DNA of 56,518 nt, counting the filler, from Platydemus manokwari (Eukaryota), in NCBI GenBank assembly GCA_037951405.1. It is 5 parts of 5 records of this genome, joined end to end, with 100 filler letters (N's around TTAATTAATTAA, not from the genome) between each part and the next. Parts side by side here need not be neighbours in the genome. Positions count along the whole stretch, not along the records: positions 23,068 to 33,353 come from JBBMOY011148993.1; positions 33,454 to 45,112 come from JBBMOY010542218.1; 3 more parts are not named here. One strand, given 5' to 3'. Shown piece by piece: positions 26,001 to 40,138 of this stretch; the first letter of the stretch is position 1, and each line of letters starts with the position of its first letter. A model generated the notes under the pieces. That model saw nothing but the letters and a program-made list of their open reading frames with translations. It did no database searches and was not told where the DNA came from. The translations under genes were made by a program, and so were the position numbers.

Positions 26001-29000
26001 ATATCTTGTAATGACAACATGTTTACGAATGTTATGAATTATATAATATTCGAAGTCTAAGCTTATAATATATGACTCCAAGGATATTTTCTATTTATAC
26101 GTAGGGAAGTGTTCCACAAAAAATGATGTATTTCATTCAATATGAATGATCTTTGTTGCCTTAGAAACCATTGTTTATCATAAAAATGAGAAATACAACA
26201 ATCACATATTATAATCAAAGAACACGATGAAAATCTAATTTGTTGTCTATTGGAGTGTGTCTATTAATGGGTATTATGTTTTTATGGATGTAGTTCAACG
26301 GAAAACGTTGTTGTTAAGAAACGAACAACACTAACATCATGCTAAATGATAATGAAATAATGTTTTGAAAATGATTAAGATTTGGATTATTTGAGGTTAA
26401 TATTGTTCCCGAATCACTAATCAAAATTCACAATTTTAATGGACTCACACGTTAGAGATTTTTTAATTAATTTAAATCTGAAATTAAAATTTTAAATGAA
26501 AATTTTATAAAAAATAGATTTCTGCTGCTTTAAATTAAAATATCGTAATGAATTAATTAAGTGCTATGCCCTATCAATCAATGACCCTGATTTGAAATAA
26601 TTGATGATATAATGACAGGTTTCAAAGTTAGGTATGATATTTTATATCACGAATTTAAAATGTTCAAGTTTTACTTCAATGGATTTTTCAAATTGTGTGT
26701 GTGGTCTTTAATCGATATTCTGTAATAAATTTTTAGTAAACAATTTTGATAAATACAATAATGATTCATGCAAACGATGCGATTATGCTTCAACTCTTCT
26801 TGGTAATGTTTTTCAAAATTCATATGTCCATTCATTCGAATTTAAAATGTCAGTTCCACAAAGCAAAAACGAAGATCTGTCTGCAATTAAATGCTTAAAT
26901 ATCGTCATAAAATCGTAGCAATCAAACGAAAATTTGGCAAACAATGAAATAGTATTGAATTAAATTCCTGAAACAAGTCTTAAGCAAATTTTAAAATGTT
27001 AATTTTCTCAGAAAAGATCAATCTGCTTTTAAAATTTATACATTTCCACTATAATTGCTTAAATCTGGTCAGAGATACGCCTCTTCTCTTAAACGGTATC
27101 TATCCAAGAATAATTCTACTTAATTAAATTTGAGTTGAATGAAATAAATAAAACGGTTTCAAATAAACTTAAAATTACTGGAAATCTTTATCCTAATTAT
27201 TGGTAAATCAACAATGTCGAGTTATTGAAATTTGAACAAAAACTTGATAACAAATGAATAGAAGTTCGACATTTACCAGATGAATCTCAAAATTGTCGCT
27301 CCTTCTGTGTGACAAACCTTATGGGAAACCTAAACTGTCATCAAATGATTCAATCTGTAACTCCATCTATATGAGCAAGAATAGGTTAATCATTAAAGTG
27401 ATGTATCCTAAATCTTGTGTTTCAATATTCAGTTATGAATTTCTATTTAAATCACACAAGATCACGACAAGAAACAACTTTCTCAACCAACAACGGAATT
27501 AACTTAAAATGGAGAAAAGTCTTCCAAATGTTTTGGATGGTTGTTAAGCTGATTTTGTGGAATACAAGCTTCATATGCGTCAAATCCCTGGACAATCTGT
27601 TTCAGAATCTCAGACTCCTCCACATAATGCATTAAACGAGCATTTTAAAATGTATAGAAACTGGCTAACTTCGTCCTATTTAATCCAAATTCTTCAGATT
27701 CTAAAATATCAAAACTTCTTGATAAGCTGAACTCAAATTCCAATTTTCTAAAACAGATAGATCAGAGCTGGCCAACTTTTGTGTACGTAAAATCGACTTT
27801 TCATTTGGATAACATCTCACGCGACCCACTAAAATTGGCTTCAAGATCGACCGGTTGGCCACCCCTGAAATAGATTATCGATCATCAAAATTCGTATCAT
27901 CAATTTTGCCAAAACATGATAATCATGAATCTAAAAGAATTGGTGGATTTGATTTATTCCCTGTTTCGTTAAATGATAAAATTCTCGATCAAGCTTTGCA
28001 ATTTGAGAACCAATTTCAAGTAATTACCAAAACTATTTTTCACATCAATATTCGAGTAATAAACAATGAACTTTTGTATGAACCTATCTCCAAAACAGAC
28101 CGGTCGAGAAATTTAATTCGTAATATAACTTCTAATACTAGGCAAGAAGCAAGTCAAAATATTTGCCGATGATTATCTCAAACTTTGTGAGAACATATTA
28201 AGACTTATGTAGAGAATTCTCATTTGCGACCAATCTTAAAGAAAATCGAAAATAATCTAGAAATATCCTCATCTTTTCGATTAGTCAAAGAATCTTTAAA
28301 TCTTTCTACAAAAATAATTTTAAATGATACATCTACAACTAACAAGCTTTTTGATCAGTACTGATTTCTATCTCATACTAGTATTACCCCTATGTAATAT
28401 ATTGACATTGAAAATTTTCTTCTGTCTGATCTGATTCTTTTATGTTGGAATATTCTTCATCAATGTATTGTATTTATTATTGTAACATTTCATAATTCTG
28501 ATACATGTGAAGTCATTATACGGATTCACAGATTAGAAAGATCATTATTTTCTAACGATATTCTAAAATTTTGTCAGTGTTCGAATAAATTTTAGACTAT
28601 CGGTAGAAAATAAACGTATTGTTAGATAATTATAATTAAATTTGATTATAAACTGCGTTTATCGATACCAGAAAGACTTTTCTTTCAAGAAATTTCTTTG
28701 ATTTATCTTTCATTTGTTGCTAGCGTTATTTATGTATAACCGCTTGGTTTACAGTGAACTAAAATCTGTTTAGTTGAATACCATTTTTCAATTTTTTTTA
28801 ATAATATATGAGGTGCCTGCTTCCGACAATACGGTATAAATTAATTCGAGCTTGTCTGACGTCTAGAAATTTGTTGTCTGGAATGTTCCAGATGTAGATT
28901 GATTTATTCTTTCGTTCTAATCCGTTTTATGATCTGATTTAAATAAATGACTCAGAAGGCCAATGATTAATATATTTTTTTAATTACAAAATTTCTTCTT

Positions 29001-29315
29001 TAAATTATAAAATTTCTCATTTCTTCATTAACACTGAGAATTCAGATTAGAAACAATTTGTTTTACTTTTCTTTTTAAAAAATGTGTTGTTGTTCATTTG
29101 AATGTCAAGTTGATTGAGAATTTTAAAAAAATTTCTTAAATTCAAACCTACCATTGATTGTGTTATTAGGAAAATACACTATTATCGATGTTAGTTGCTA
29201 ACACTTCTTCGTTTTTAATGTTGGATTCAAAAGTCATAAATTTTTTTAACGCGCAAAAAATATATTTATATAATACATCTTTTCCAAACAAATATTCTAT
29301 TATTTTTAACATTCT

Positions 29316-29551
29316 TTAACCCTTTCAATACGACTTTTGGCCAGTGAAAATATTTTTGTATAACTGAACTATATGTCCTGCAAATAAATAAAGGAACATA
29401 TTTACATAATTTCAGATTTTTAGAAAATATGGTTTATATATGCCTTGGGACACATATGTCCCTGCAGTAGTTTAATGCGAATATTTTTCGCATCAGTAAT
29501 TTTTGAACATTCTCTGGGACTTATATATCCCCGCAGTATTGAGAGGGTTAA
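29316..29551. mobile_element. piggyBac-type MITE with TTAA target sites
   Basis: TTAA|CCCTTTCAATAC ... GTATTGAGAGGG|TTAA; subterminal palindromes gggacacatatgtccc and gggacttatatatcccc. Confidence 0.8.
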
Positions 29552-29930
29552 AGGAACCAGATAAACAAAATAACAAAACAGAGACTGCATCTTGAGCCGT
29601 TTTCTTCCAGCTTTTACTTCAAAAAAGTATTTTCTGTTGCTTGTGTTAGATCCATAGAAATGCATAGCTAAACTAAAACGACACAAGACATCGTTAAATA
29701 TCTGGCCTAATATGCTGACGAAATTTTTACGAGATAACACCATTCTATGCAATCATTATTTTTCAATATAATTAAGAGTATTATCCATGTGTTATTTTAA
29801 GAACAAAACAATTAGCATGGAGTTCTACAACGAACCAGACATTTCTAAAGCCCATCCCCCAAAACGTTTGGAGAACACTCCTTTATACTCTGTGTAATCA
29901 CTATCAATGTAAGCCGCTACTACTTTATAA
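29552..29930 (-). mobile_element. Possible piggyBac transposase C-terminal remnant
   Basis: DYTEYKGV.. and LFCS*NNTWIIL loosely resemble the YN..MGGVD / LF......NAWI pattern; adjacent to the piggyBac MITE. Confidence 0.35.
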
Positions 29931-30303
29931 ATCACCCATTGGGAACGAATTGGAAAGTCACGACATCAAATTATATATTTAAATACAATTATATAAACAA
30001 ATAAATATAATTTTATATAAAATTAAGTCCTCAAAAAATTAATTCATTTAAAAATCTCACAATCAAAATGATTGTAATAAGTGTTGACATAACCATGTTA
30101 CTTCAATATTAAAAATCGGTCTCAATAAATTAATATTTTGATGCAAATATGAAAATAAAATTTCCAGCAATGGAAAAATAACTATTAATAAAATAATTAT
30201 TAAAAGCAAAAATCTCGATGAAACACAACTAATTAAACAGAAATCTTCACGTACAAAATGAAACAAAAAATAAATATTGCCACTGAAACAAATTGTAACA
30301 TAC

Positions 30304-31268
30304 TTCTTCGAAATTCAATTTCCCTTCGTTTTTGACATCAACTTTTGCCACTATATCGGCAATATCTCGTCTAGACAACTTAGAATCCGGCTAAAATATA
30401 CATTTATATCAAACAACAAATTTTAGCTTGAAATAATATTGAACACATATATATTCAATGAATTTAATATAATTCTTTATATCGGGTTTGAAAATGATAT
30501 ATTCACATTATCTAGTGTGGAAATTATTTTTCCTGTGGATGTTTGAAAATTCTTTTTCACCTAATGTAAAAAATATTCTTTTTATCCGATTTTTTTAGAC
30601 TTATTAGTAGAAAAAATGTGAAAAAATCTGCTCAGTTGACAAAGTATGGCTTATATTTCATAAAGGAGGTTATTTATTAAATAATTAACTCCAGCAATAA
30701 TATCTTTATTGGGATTTTTCAAGCATTATGTCAAGAAAATATCACTCCAGTGACAATAACTTAATTCTATTTCATTAATCATCTCAGATCATACAGAAAA
30801 CCGAGAATCTGGAGTAGAAATTTTACTTTTTTACTGAATATTATTTTAAAAACTCACTTTAAAATAAAAATACTTTTATATGTGATTGAGTGAATGGATT
30901 TATATAAATGCGATTTTACCAGATTTGAAACATATCATTGAATTTACCATTGAGATTATAACTTTTATACGAACTTGTTTGACATACATTCTTGCTGAAT
31001 GTATAGACCACATTAAAATTAAAGCAAGTATTCATAAATTTTCCAATATTCATTTATATCAAAAGAAAAATTATAGTACTAACAAGTACTGAATTATTAA
31101 CTACAAAAACATATGCTTAAACAATCCATATTTTATAATCATATCATTTGCTCGAAATAATGATTGTGCAATGAATCTTCAATCAAACAAGTCGTCATAA
31201 TAATTTTCATCATGCGGCGATCTACAGTTTATAAGCACACACGCACGCATACACATACACATAAACAT

Positions 31269-31315
<47 letters not shown>

Positions 31316-32971
31316 AAGACATTATTTTGTTTCAGCGAACTAAATTTCAAATTTAATTTTAGGAAATTTAGAAAATCGACCAGACTTGAAAAAATCTTTT
31401 TAATGATAGGCTTCATAGCAGACAATTAAAAGAGGCACACATAACCAACAAAATTAATATCGTGACATTGTAATTTCATATTTATTATCCTGATATTAAA
31501 ATATGTCGTCATTTTTTCATGAATAAATGACCATTTGAGCACTAGATTTCGACATAAATTCCCCATTTAATCACAAATGCAGCCTTTCGGCAATCGATAA
31601 TTATTGTGATGATTTTTCAATTATAATTTCACACACACACAGAGACACACAAGTATACATTTTGAAATTACTATTTTTCAGTGAAAGGATTTTCCAATAC
31701 CAATTGAGAAATTACATTTCAATACGTATTATGAGAAATATTTTTGACCAATGCTACACGATTCATTTGATAGCGATGGATTTTTTCGTTCAATTTCTTT
31801 GTCAATTATAATAAATAATATCATATTTGAAACAATAAAACAAAATAATTCATTTTATATTACAATAACTAACCAAACTGTCCAAACAAAATAATAAACA
31901 AGACACACAAAACCTTTATTCAACAAAAGAAAAAATAGATTTTAAAAATATGTTTTTTTGAAGACAATAAAGAACATATAATAATATTTTGGTATTATTT
32001 GATGTGGAGCTCCAACATAAAAACAGGTTTTCTACGTGATATTATTCAACTTATTTTTGATATTTTGTTTGTCTCTATATTGTTTTTTTCTGTTTATCTT
32101 CAAACCAATTAATATTCTATACCTTTTTTGTTTGATGGCTTTAGTACATTTTTTATTACTTTCTTTGTTCTTTTGGTAGATTAGATGTGTTGCTGATACA
32201 AAATCGATTTCCCTTTGGATTTTTCTAAAGGAGAAAGCGAATCGGTTTTCTCGGTTCAATATGGATTATGAAAATAATGGAGTCTGCTTATTCATTCTTC
32301 CATTGTGTTGCTTTTTTATACTTCTAATATCAAGTACAAAAAACCTACCAGCTAATAATCACAACAACCAATCGAATGATTTCTATGTTAAAACCGATAT
32401 TAATCGTTAGTAAAGAAGAAATTTAAGTTTTCCCAACTTTAATTGTCAATTCTAATTTTTTTTATTAAATTCTCCATAATAAGAACACTCCAACCAAACG
32501 AAGACCTATGCATAAATTCTTGTAGAAAAGATAAATACGAAAAACGAATTTTAAATAATCAGTTGACATAGAAAAGTTTCTTTATTGAGCCAATCGAAAT
32601 AGCATTTCTAACAAAACATTCCAAACAACAGATACTGGAAAATCGTGGAAAATCCTCATGAAATATAATACAATGTTGTTACTTGATTTATAATAGGGAA
32701 TGGAATAAACATTAATGATTGATTATAATATAATATTTAGCTAATAGTTGTTTAAATTGTTGACAAGAAAATGTTGTTTGATCGAATGGCAAATTATGAA
32801 TAACGAAAATAATTTCTAAATTTACCGTTGAAAAGGTTTTAATAAATTCATTTTTATCCAAGAATCCGTAATTATTGGTGTCCAATTGCTTTAGAGCCTT
32901 CACCAAATCCGTTTTTGTTATTATCGGAATCTCACGACAAATATTAATGAAATCATCGAAAGTGATTTCCT
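30304..32971 (-). CDS. EFCAB7: EF-hand calcium-binding domain protein 7-like, two internal exons (32971-32826, 30390-30304); partial gene
   Basis: AG/GT-bounded exons splice to EITFDDFINICREIPIITKTDLVKALKQLDTNNYGFLDKNEFIKTFST|PDSKLSRRDIADIVAKVDVKNEGKLNFEE, matching the EFCAB7 EF-hand region (FDDF..I.R......K.EL.K.FKQLD.N.DG...GEKM.R.EV..I....D.N.DGK..Y). Confidence 0.7.
31236..31291. repeat. (CA)n/(TA)n microsatellite
   Basis: Seen directly in sequence. Confidence 0.95.
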
Positions 32972-33353
32972 CTAAACAAAAAATAACAAATAATTTCAAC
33001 ATAAATCAATACATCTACAAATTAAAATTAAAACGACACACACATCTCAAATAAAATTTTAAAAAAAATTAAATTCTAATGGTTTATTATTAATTATTTT
33101 AATTTATTTGTTTTAAAATCACAGACTTTATTATGCGTCAACAAAATAAAAATTGTGATAAATAGGTGCAATAAATACTTTTTGTGAAATCATGATAACG
33201 TTATGTCAATAATTGTTCATATTTTTTTAACGTGAACATTTGAAAAAATTGGAACGCTAGTGTTCATATTAAACAAGATTGACTGTTTTTCCTTTTATAA
33301 TTAGATTACGTTTTGGCGTTGCTTTATCAGGTTTTATAGAAACATTGTATATT

Positions 33354-33453
33354 NNNNNNNNNNNNNNNNNNNNNNNNNNNNNNNNNNNNNNNNNNNNTTA
33401 ATTAATTAANNNNNNNNNNNNNNNNNNNNNNNNNNNNNNNNNNNNNNNNNNNN
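33354..33453. other. Assembly gap with linker
   Basis: 44N + TTAATTAATTAA + 44N. Confidence 0.98.
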
Positions 33454-35419
33454 ATTGATTGGGATTTACATATACACCAATTAAAAACCTAATGTTTTAT
33501 CTCACTTATTTCTCAATATGTTCATGAAAATTTGATTTCACTTTTATCAGTGTATTCAAATGATTTTTGCTCGCAATTATCAAGGAAATAAAACGATCAG
33601 GAAAAAGAAAATGAAAGAGAAAAGGAAAATTTTAATTTCAAATTTATTGTAGAAACCTCTTTATTTTCCATAATCAAATGCTTTCATTTTTTTCCGTTGC
33701 TTTTGAAAACGAAAGTGGTTAATGATTTATTATCTTTTATCATTGATTTCTCCTGTGATGAGAATTACAAATATCGACTAAACATGTCATTATTTTGCAA
33801 ATGATAAACAGCTATATTCATTTGGGAAATAGCTAGTATTTGATATTTATATTGAAACCTTAATGAATTGATCATTGTATAGAGTATTGCATATTTTGAT
33901 GAACCATAAGATCCTTTTGTTCGTTTTAATATTCATGAGTGAAAAAATCTCAAAATTGATCGATTAGTGATTGGTTTATTGTTCGATCGATCTTACTTAT
34001 CGAAATGCAGAATTTCAATGGCACAGTGCCTGTTGTCAAACCGTTTCCGTCAACTATTTCTCTTAACTGTTATTTTATTGGTCCAATTAAATGATATATT
34101 CACAGATCAACTAAAAATGTGGACAATATATATAAATTGTTGCCGTGACTTTTCAGTTCAGTTTTAAAGTGTGGTGTTTAAAATAGTAGCGGCTTGCATA
34201 GAGATTTAATATAAAATTGTTGATGCTCAATTGTAAAAAATTTTAAACTTATTTTTACCTAATTAATTTATGTTTAAAAATTTAATGAAATTTGTATCAA
34301 AGATTTTAAATTTAATATTCTTATCAATAAGTTATTGATTAATAATTATTATGTTCTTAATCTAATAAAATGTTCATGCTTTCATTTATATTTACATATG
34401 GAAATTTTGACAACTCATTTATCAGTCAATGAACCTGATGTCAAAAGCTGATAGGTGAAATAACAGATTTGCTGGTAAATTTGATTTATAAACTTGCTAT
34501 TATTAACAAGTTTGGTTTTTTGGAAGTTAGCCATCAAATAGTGAGATATTTAATTATTTTTTAAAATTATTCTCCAATATTATAATTGGCTTTCTCATAG
34601 TTAAATTATATATTTATTTTTTAGTTAATTTAATTTAAATTATTTGTTTGAAACAATAAAATAGAAGTTAATATTTGTGAGACATTTAATGTTTCACATT
34701 TTAAATATAACAGTTTTCTAAAAATAACTTTGAATATTTGTTGGAATATTTAGGCTGAAAAATACTTTTATGGTTGAACTTCTTAAATTCGTGTTTTATA
34801 AAATAATTGTGAGTTACATAGATAATTTAAGTTAGGGATTTACTTCTAAGAATAATTTGTCAAACAAGATGGAATAAAATATAATTAATCTTAGTTACAC
34901 AATAAAATCAATAAATCAATTATTCGAAAACCATTAAAAGTTTAAAATTAAAACAAGTATTTTAAAAAATACTATAAAAAAGCGCGAGTATAAATGCTAA
35001 ATTTGTAAAAAAACATTTGAAACTTTTCAGCCTTTTAAAACCCATGAGAAATCCTAAAAAATTTAAAAATATAAATGATAGTTGTGAGGTTTGTATAAAA
35101 ATACGATAAATAATTAAATTTTAGAAAAACAAATAAAATTATAAAAAATTGAGAAAAACATTGATATTTATAAAATGATCTTGCTTTAAAAAAATTAATT
35201 TTAACATCTCAGTTTTAAAAAATATTAAAAAATTGGATAAATTATTAAAAGTAAAGATGTAATATAAATATGCAAGCAATTTTATTTGAAAGAAGAAATA
35301 TCAGATGGAAATAAATTTTAAATATTTTAAAAAATGTTCAAAAATTGATGTATTGAAAATATATTTTTGGGTTGGTGAAAAAATGACTTTTTATTTAAAA
35401 ATCAAAGACGAAGAAATTT

Positions 35420-36230
35420 TGGCAATTAACCTGGCTACCACGCACATGAATTCCATAGTTAGTTTGTTGCTGCAAGAAAGATTTAAAATTGGTGATAATA
35501 TCGAACAGTTTATAAAATTTTACGAATGCAAAAGAGTAGCTCACATACCAAGAAATTGTCCAAATACCATGAAGTGTGATAGATGTCAATACTGAGAACA
35601 TCACGAGACAGAATACTATAATAATTTAGCCAAAAGAGTACGACAAAGGACCAACTACTAGTAAAGTACAGCAATAATCCACAGAAGGATTGATCACAGG
35701 CAGAGCACCACAAGAAGAAGTCCAATTAATGATGACAGATATAATTTCGATGGATAAAATTACAGAATGGTGACCCGAAATAATAAACCAGAAGCTGTAG
35801 TCGAACAAGAATCGTATTCAGAATACAACAAAGAATAAACATGATAACACGCAGACTCCCATAGAATGGATCTGGCTATACACTAAACAGCAAATATAAG
35901 TCTGAGCAAGATTCCGAGAGTAATTATATTAGTATTTATAATATAAATATTTTATTTAAAAGAAACAGAATGAAAAATAAAATAAAAAAACAAGGCAAGG
36001 TACAGAGCATAGATAGTTCAGAAAGTAAATAAACAAATTTAATAACTACAATGGCATAGAATCAGGAATGATAGTACAATGAAAAGTCGTAAAATGGATG
36101 ATAGAATTTGGATGCTTGTGACACACTGAAGCAAGAGTAAATGTCATAAATAAGATGATATTACAGACACTCAAAAAGGTAGAAGTCGAATATATAAAGT
36201 GAAAGTTTAAATTGTGCCAAGTTAGGAAGT
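35420..36230 (+). mobile_element. Ty3/gypsy gag-protease remnant
   Basis: Two degenerate CCHC knuckles (FYECKRVAHIPRNC; CDRCQY*EH) followed by a protease-like MLV/DTEARVNVI (D-T-G motif, frameshifted) at about 36115-36150. Confidence 0.65.
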
Positions 36231-36699
36231 CAGTTCAAGATTATTCCTATTTTTCATATTTTATATTTGAATGCATGAATAAATTTGATAAAAAATCTAT
36301 GAAATTTTTTGTGTTTCAATCTCCTCAACATTGTGATAATCATATATCGATCTAAGTTTCTTCGATATCTATAACAAAATTATGAATCCTTCAAAAAACA
36401 AAAAGAATTTGTCATTTTTAATGATTATGTTTCAGAAAAAATCAAACAAAAATGCCCACTTATTATACAAGAGGAAGTCATAATAATCATGATTATCTAT
36501 CACGAGGTTTGTTTGATTTACCAAAGAAAATAATAGGAAATAATAATTTAAATTTTATTATTTTGTTTAAATCAAATAAAAGAAATAAATCCTGCACTTG
36601 CAAGAATTATAAACAACGCGATACCACGCTGCAGTCAGCATTTAGTTTAGTAATCATCTCTTTTTCTACAGAGCACTTTTACCACAACACACACTTAAA

Positions 36700-37860
36700 G
36701 ATCAACATCATGCTGTGCCACATGCAGCGCAAATGCTCCAAATGCTCAAATGACTAAACAAGCTATTTTGTAAGTCTTGGCATATTCAAGAATAAATCAT
36801 AACAGTTCAACAGAATACTCTGGTTTGCGATTAAGAATACTTCACCAAACTCGAGCTAGAAAATTAAGAAGTCTCTAAGGATTCAACACTGAACAGAATA
36901 ATTCTGGTATTATGGATCTTTCACAATAATGTCATTTGATTAGCCCAAAACTCCAATGACTCCAGCATCTCGCTTTACACACTATCAGATTCAGACGCAG
37001 AAATTCCTCAAAAATCCTCCATGTCAACTAGATCTCACTTACATAATTTCTGTCAAAAGAGTTGCTATAACTTCATCATATATGTTTCTAATTGATGGAA
37101 GAAATGCACAGCGAAACTTTTGTCCAAAAATTTACTGTCAATCCAAAACATAAAATTAAAGTCATCTAATCAAATCAGTAGGTCAACATTGATTATTTGC
37201 TTGAGTCTTTAGGTTTCTGACTGTTTTGCTTGGGATTTCGAACATATTTGTTTTAGACAGGAAAACAAATACAACAAGGAAATGGACCAAAACATGGTTT
37301 GTACCTCGAAAACTAATCACACATTAAATCTCTGTCAAGTCCAATCACCATAACAATAAGATACAACTGAAAGTCACTGTGTATCCGGATAAGATATACT
37401 TTTTCTTTAAAGAAAACCGTGGGAAACTCTATCGTATACTTCATTACTCATCATCAATGTCCTTTTTCAATGAATAGTCCGCAATAAAAAAACAGAGCAA
37501 TCATCTATCACAAAAATAGCTAAAATTATCAAATTCACTCACCAAGCTCGTAACAATCTGCTTTTACAGAACTTTACAACTTATTTTAAGAATCTCAACA
37601 AGTCAATATTTTTCCGCAGATGCGAAATGGATGCGTATAGTTTTATCCACTGTCCATTGGACCCTGGTCTTGCATCGAAACGCCATATCACTATTTTGGA
37701 TAATTTCGGACACTATTAACAATCTGTTGGACTGGAGACTGACATCCATTCAAGCCCGCCTAAATCTAGTACAAAATCAAGACTAAATCTAATCATCAAA
37801 AGCAAAGGGAAGAAACAGAGCAGCGAAATTCTCAGTTCTCAATCTATAACCTTTTGGTCT
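36700..37860 (+). mobile_element. Possible heavily decayed LINE (CR1/L2-like) reverse transcriptase
   Basis: Weak motifs in the expected order: LSL*VSDCF (LDF.KAFD-like), KWTKTWFVPRKL (KWI.SWL..RKQ-like), VTVYPDKI, KLVTICFYRTL. Confidence 0.3.
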
Positions 37861-38968
37861 TTCGCTTTTGATTTCCAAAAAAGGTGCGAATTCAAATCGT
37901 TTTGACCCATTGCGCAATAATTACAATAATATTTTATTTTATATTTTAATTAATTTTTTTATCTTATACGACTTTATAACCTTAATATATCTAAAAACAT
38001 TTATTTTGTTCGTAATTTACCAATCTCCACCACTACTAATTATCGTCACAGAATTTCTCATATTAATATCTCGCAGCTAACACCTTATTTATGCACACTT
38101 AATTAAATGAATTTAATATTACATCATCACATCATGATGTGAATAATTCAATTGTTTCTGAACTTCCACGCATCAGAACCATAATTACTCACATATCAGT
38201 TCCACATCGTACTGAATGTCTGAACTTCTCTTCTTTAGCTGAAGGCAAAATAACTCTCCGGTCAAATCATTTAAGCGTTCATTATTTCACATGATACTTA
38301 ATCGTTTTGGCAATTTTTTCTATTTTATAATCTCGACTCCTGGAGAATTGTTTTCTGATTAATTCACTGGAATAATCAACGCTGGAATTTATACATTATA
38401 GACATTACAAAATCCGCTTTATTTTTCATCGATCTTGCCACCTGTTTTCTAAGTGCTTTCTTTTCACAAACTCTAAATCCGATAAATTAGCAAATATCAG
38501 ATGAATTCAATCACTATTACTAATATTAACGCAATTAAGTCTTATAGTGTTATGTTTTTTCCACGCGGGCCACTCATTGAAAAAGGAAATGGATGTCCAA
38601 TCATGAAGTATATCAGTCTCAAACTATGATGAACACAAACTAGCTCCCGTGAGATGTCTTTTTAAAAATATGACGCAATGCTAACGAACTTTTTTGGCAC
38701 CAAACTAGATCAACAAACAAATGCAAAGCACTGCACTGGACCTTCGTCGTAAATAACTAATAGTTCAAAACTCACTAGTCTTAAGAAATCAACCACCAGC
38801 TACGACAAAAGAAAAATTCTCATGTGAAGTCGAATGAATCCTCAGCTTAAGCGAATCCAAAAGATCCTGCATTTCAATCAAAGCATCAGCCAGTTTTCAC
38901 TCTTAAAAATCTACCTTATCTTCGTACAAGAAAAGTCCTTCTTCTCAAGAAATTAAACACAAAAAGAT

Positions 38969-39488
38969 ATGAGAAAATTAAAACTTTCATTTTGGACACG
39001 AGCTTTCGTTACAATTCAAAATAAACAATCGCCATCGGCAAACGTAACTCTAAAGCAAGGATTAGAAACAATGAATTTACGAACCAATTTTTGTATATAC
39101 TGTAAAAAGATATAAGGATATATCACTGATTGGAACATTAGCAAAAATAGGAATAAATAAAGAAAAGGAAATCAAATTAAATAACACCATGCCATCTAAG
39201 ACAATCATATTATCATCATTGGGAATACATAATATAACATATACACAGTGTTATGCGAACCAATATACATCGAAATGATATTGTAAAAAAAGAAAAGCAA
39301 TCCAGTGGAAAAATGAATTAGAACAAATAAGAAAAGAAAAAGATAAAATAATTAAGGATAGAATTGGAACGTTAAAAACTGTTAAAAAATATGAACAACA
39401 TATTAAGAGTTTAAAATTTGCCTTAATAGCTAGTCTAGCTATAACATTCATAGCAATAATAATAATATATGGAAAAAAGAAGAAATAA
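38969..39488 (+). pseudogene. Decayed accessory ORF with CxxC, coiled-coil and C-terminal TM helix
   Basis: Fragments MRKLKLSFW..FCIYCKK, QWKNELEQIRKEKDKIIKDRI, LKFALIASLAITFIAIIIIYGKKKK. Confidence 0.45.
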
Positions 39489-39598
39489 TGATATCACAAC
39501 ACCAATAATATATGGAAGAAGAATTCCAAGAATAGCAGCACTAACAACTGTAATGATAATGATACCATGCGTTCAAACGTGCGACAGCCCAGTCATGA

Positions 39599-40138
39599 TG
39601 TTCACTTTTTATTAATATAGGTAGAGAAGAATTAAAAGTATATAGTAGATATGGAAAGATGATACTGAATAACAAATATAAGAATGAAAAGATGAAATCA
39701 TTTACGGTACAACTTAAAAAAGAATTAAGAGTTAAGGGGGAAAGAAATTGGCAAACATCTGATAATAGATTACTCGAGAGTGACAATGGAGCTGTAAATA
39801 TATATAATTTAAATTGCAGAACCATATATCAGTTAGAAATAAGTAAAGAAAAAGATATCACAACAATGACAGTCCAAACCTCCGAATTACCCCGTAAAAT
39901 ATTTATTGAAAAACTCTTAGATCAGATTAAAATCATTTGGGAAGATTTAAAATGCCTTGAAGTAAGAGTGCCTGTAAATGAACATCAATATAAAATAAAT
40001 ACATTAGAAGGAATCATCACCCGGAATTTCAACATCAAAAAACCTGTAAATTTATATTTCTGGTATTATGAAAAAAGAAATCCCGAATTCATAATTCATC
40101 GAGAGCAAATAATACTAAAACCCTTTGTAAAAAAATAA
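39599..40138 (+). pseudogene. Accessory ORF, divergent macro-domain-like (TARG1/OARD1/Poa1-type)
   Basis: Collinear resemblance to TARG1: FTVQLKKEL~IAVLFKKKF; GAVNIYNLNCRTIYQLEISK~GEVAVLKRDGRYIYYLITK; LDQIKIIWEDLKCLEVRVP~LEAMKSHCLKNGVTDLSMP; INTLEGIITRNF..VNLY~WENVSAMIEEVF..ITVY. Frame is open from 39599. Confidence 0.45.

Noticed and set aside
27855-28430. Telomerase or Penelope RT suggested by LRPI
   Set aside because: No convincing motif B or YxDD found downstream.
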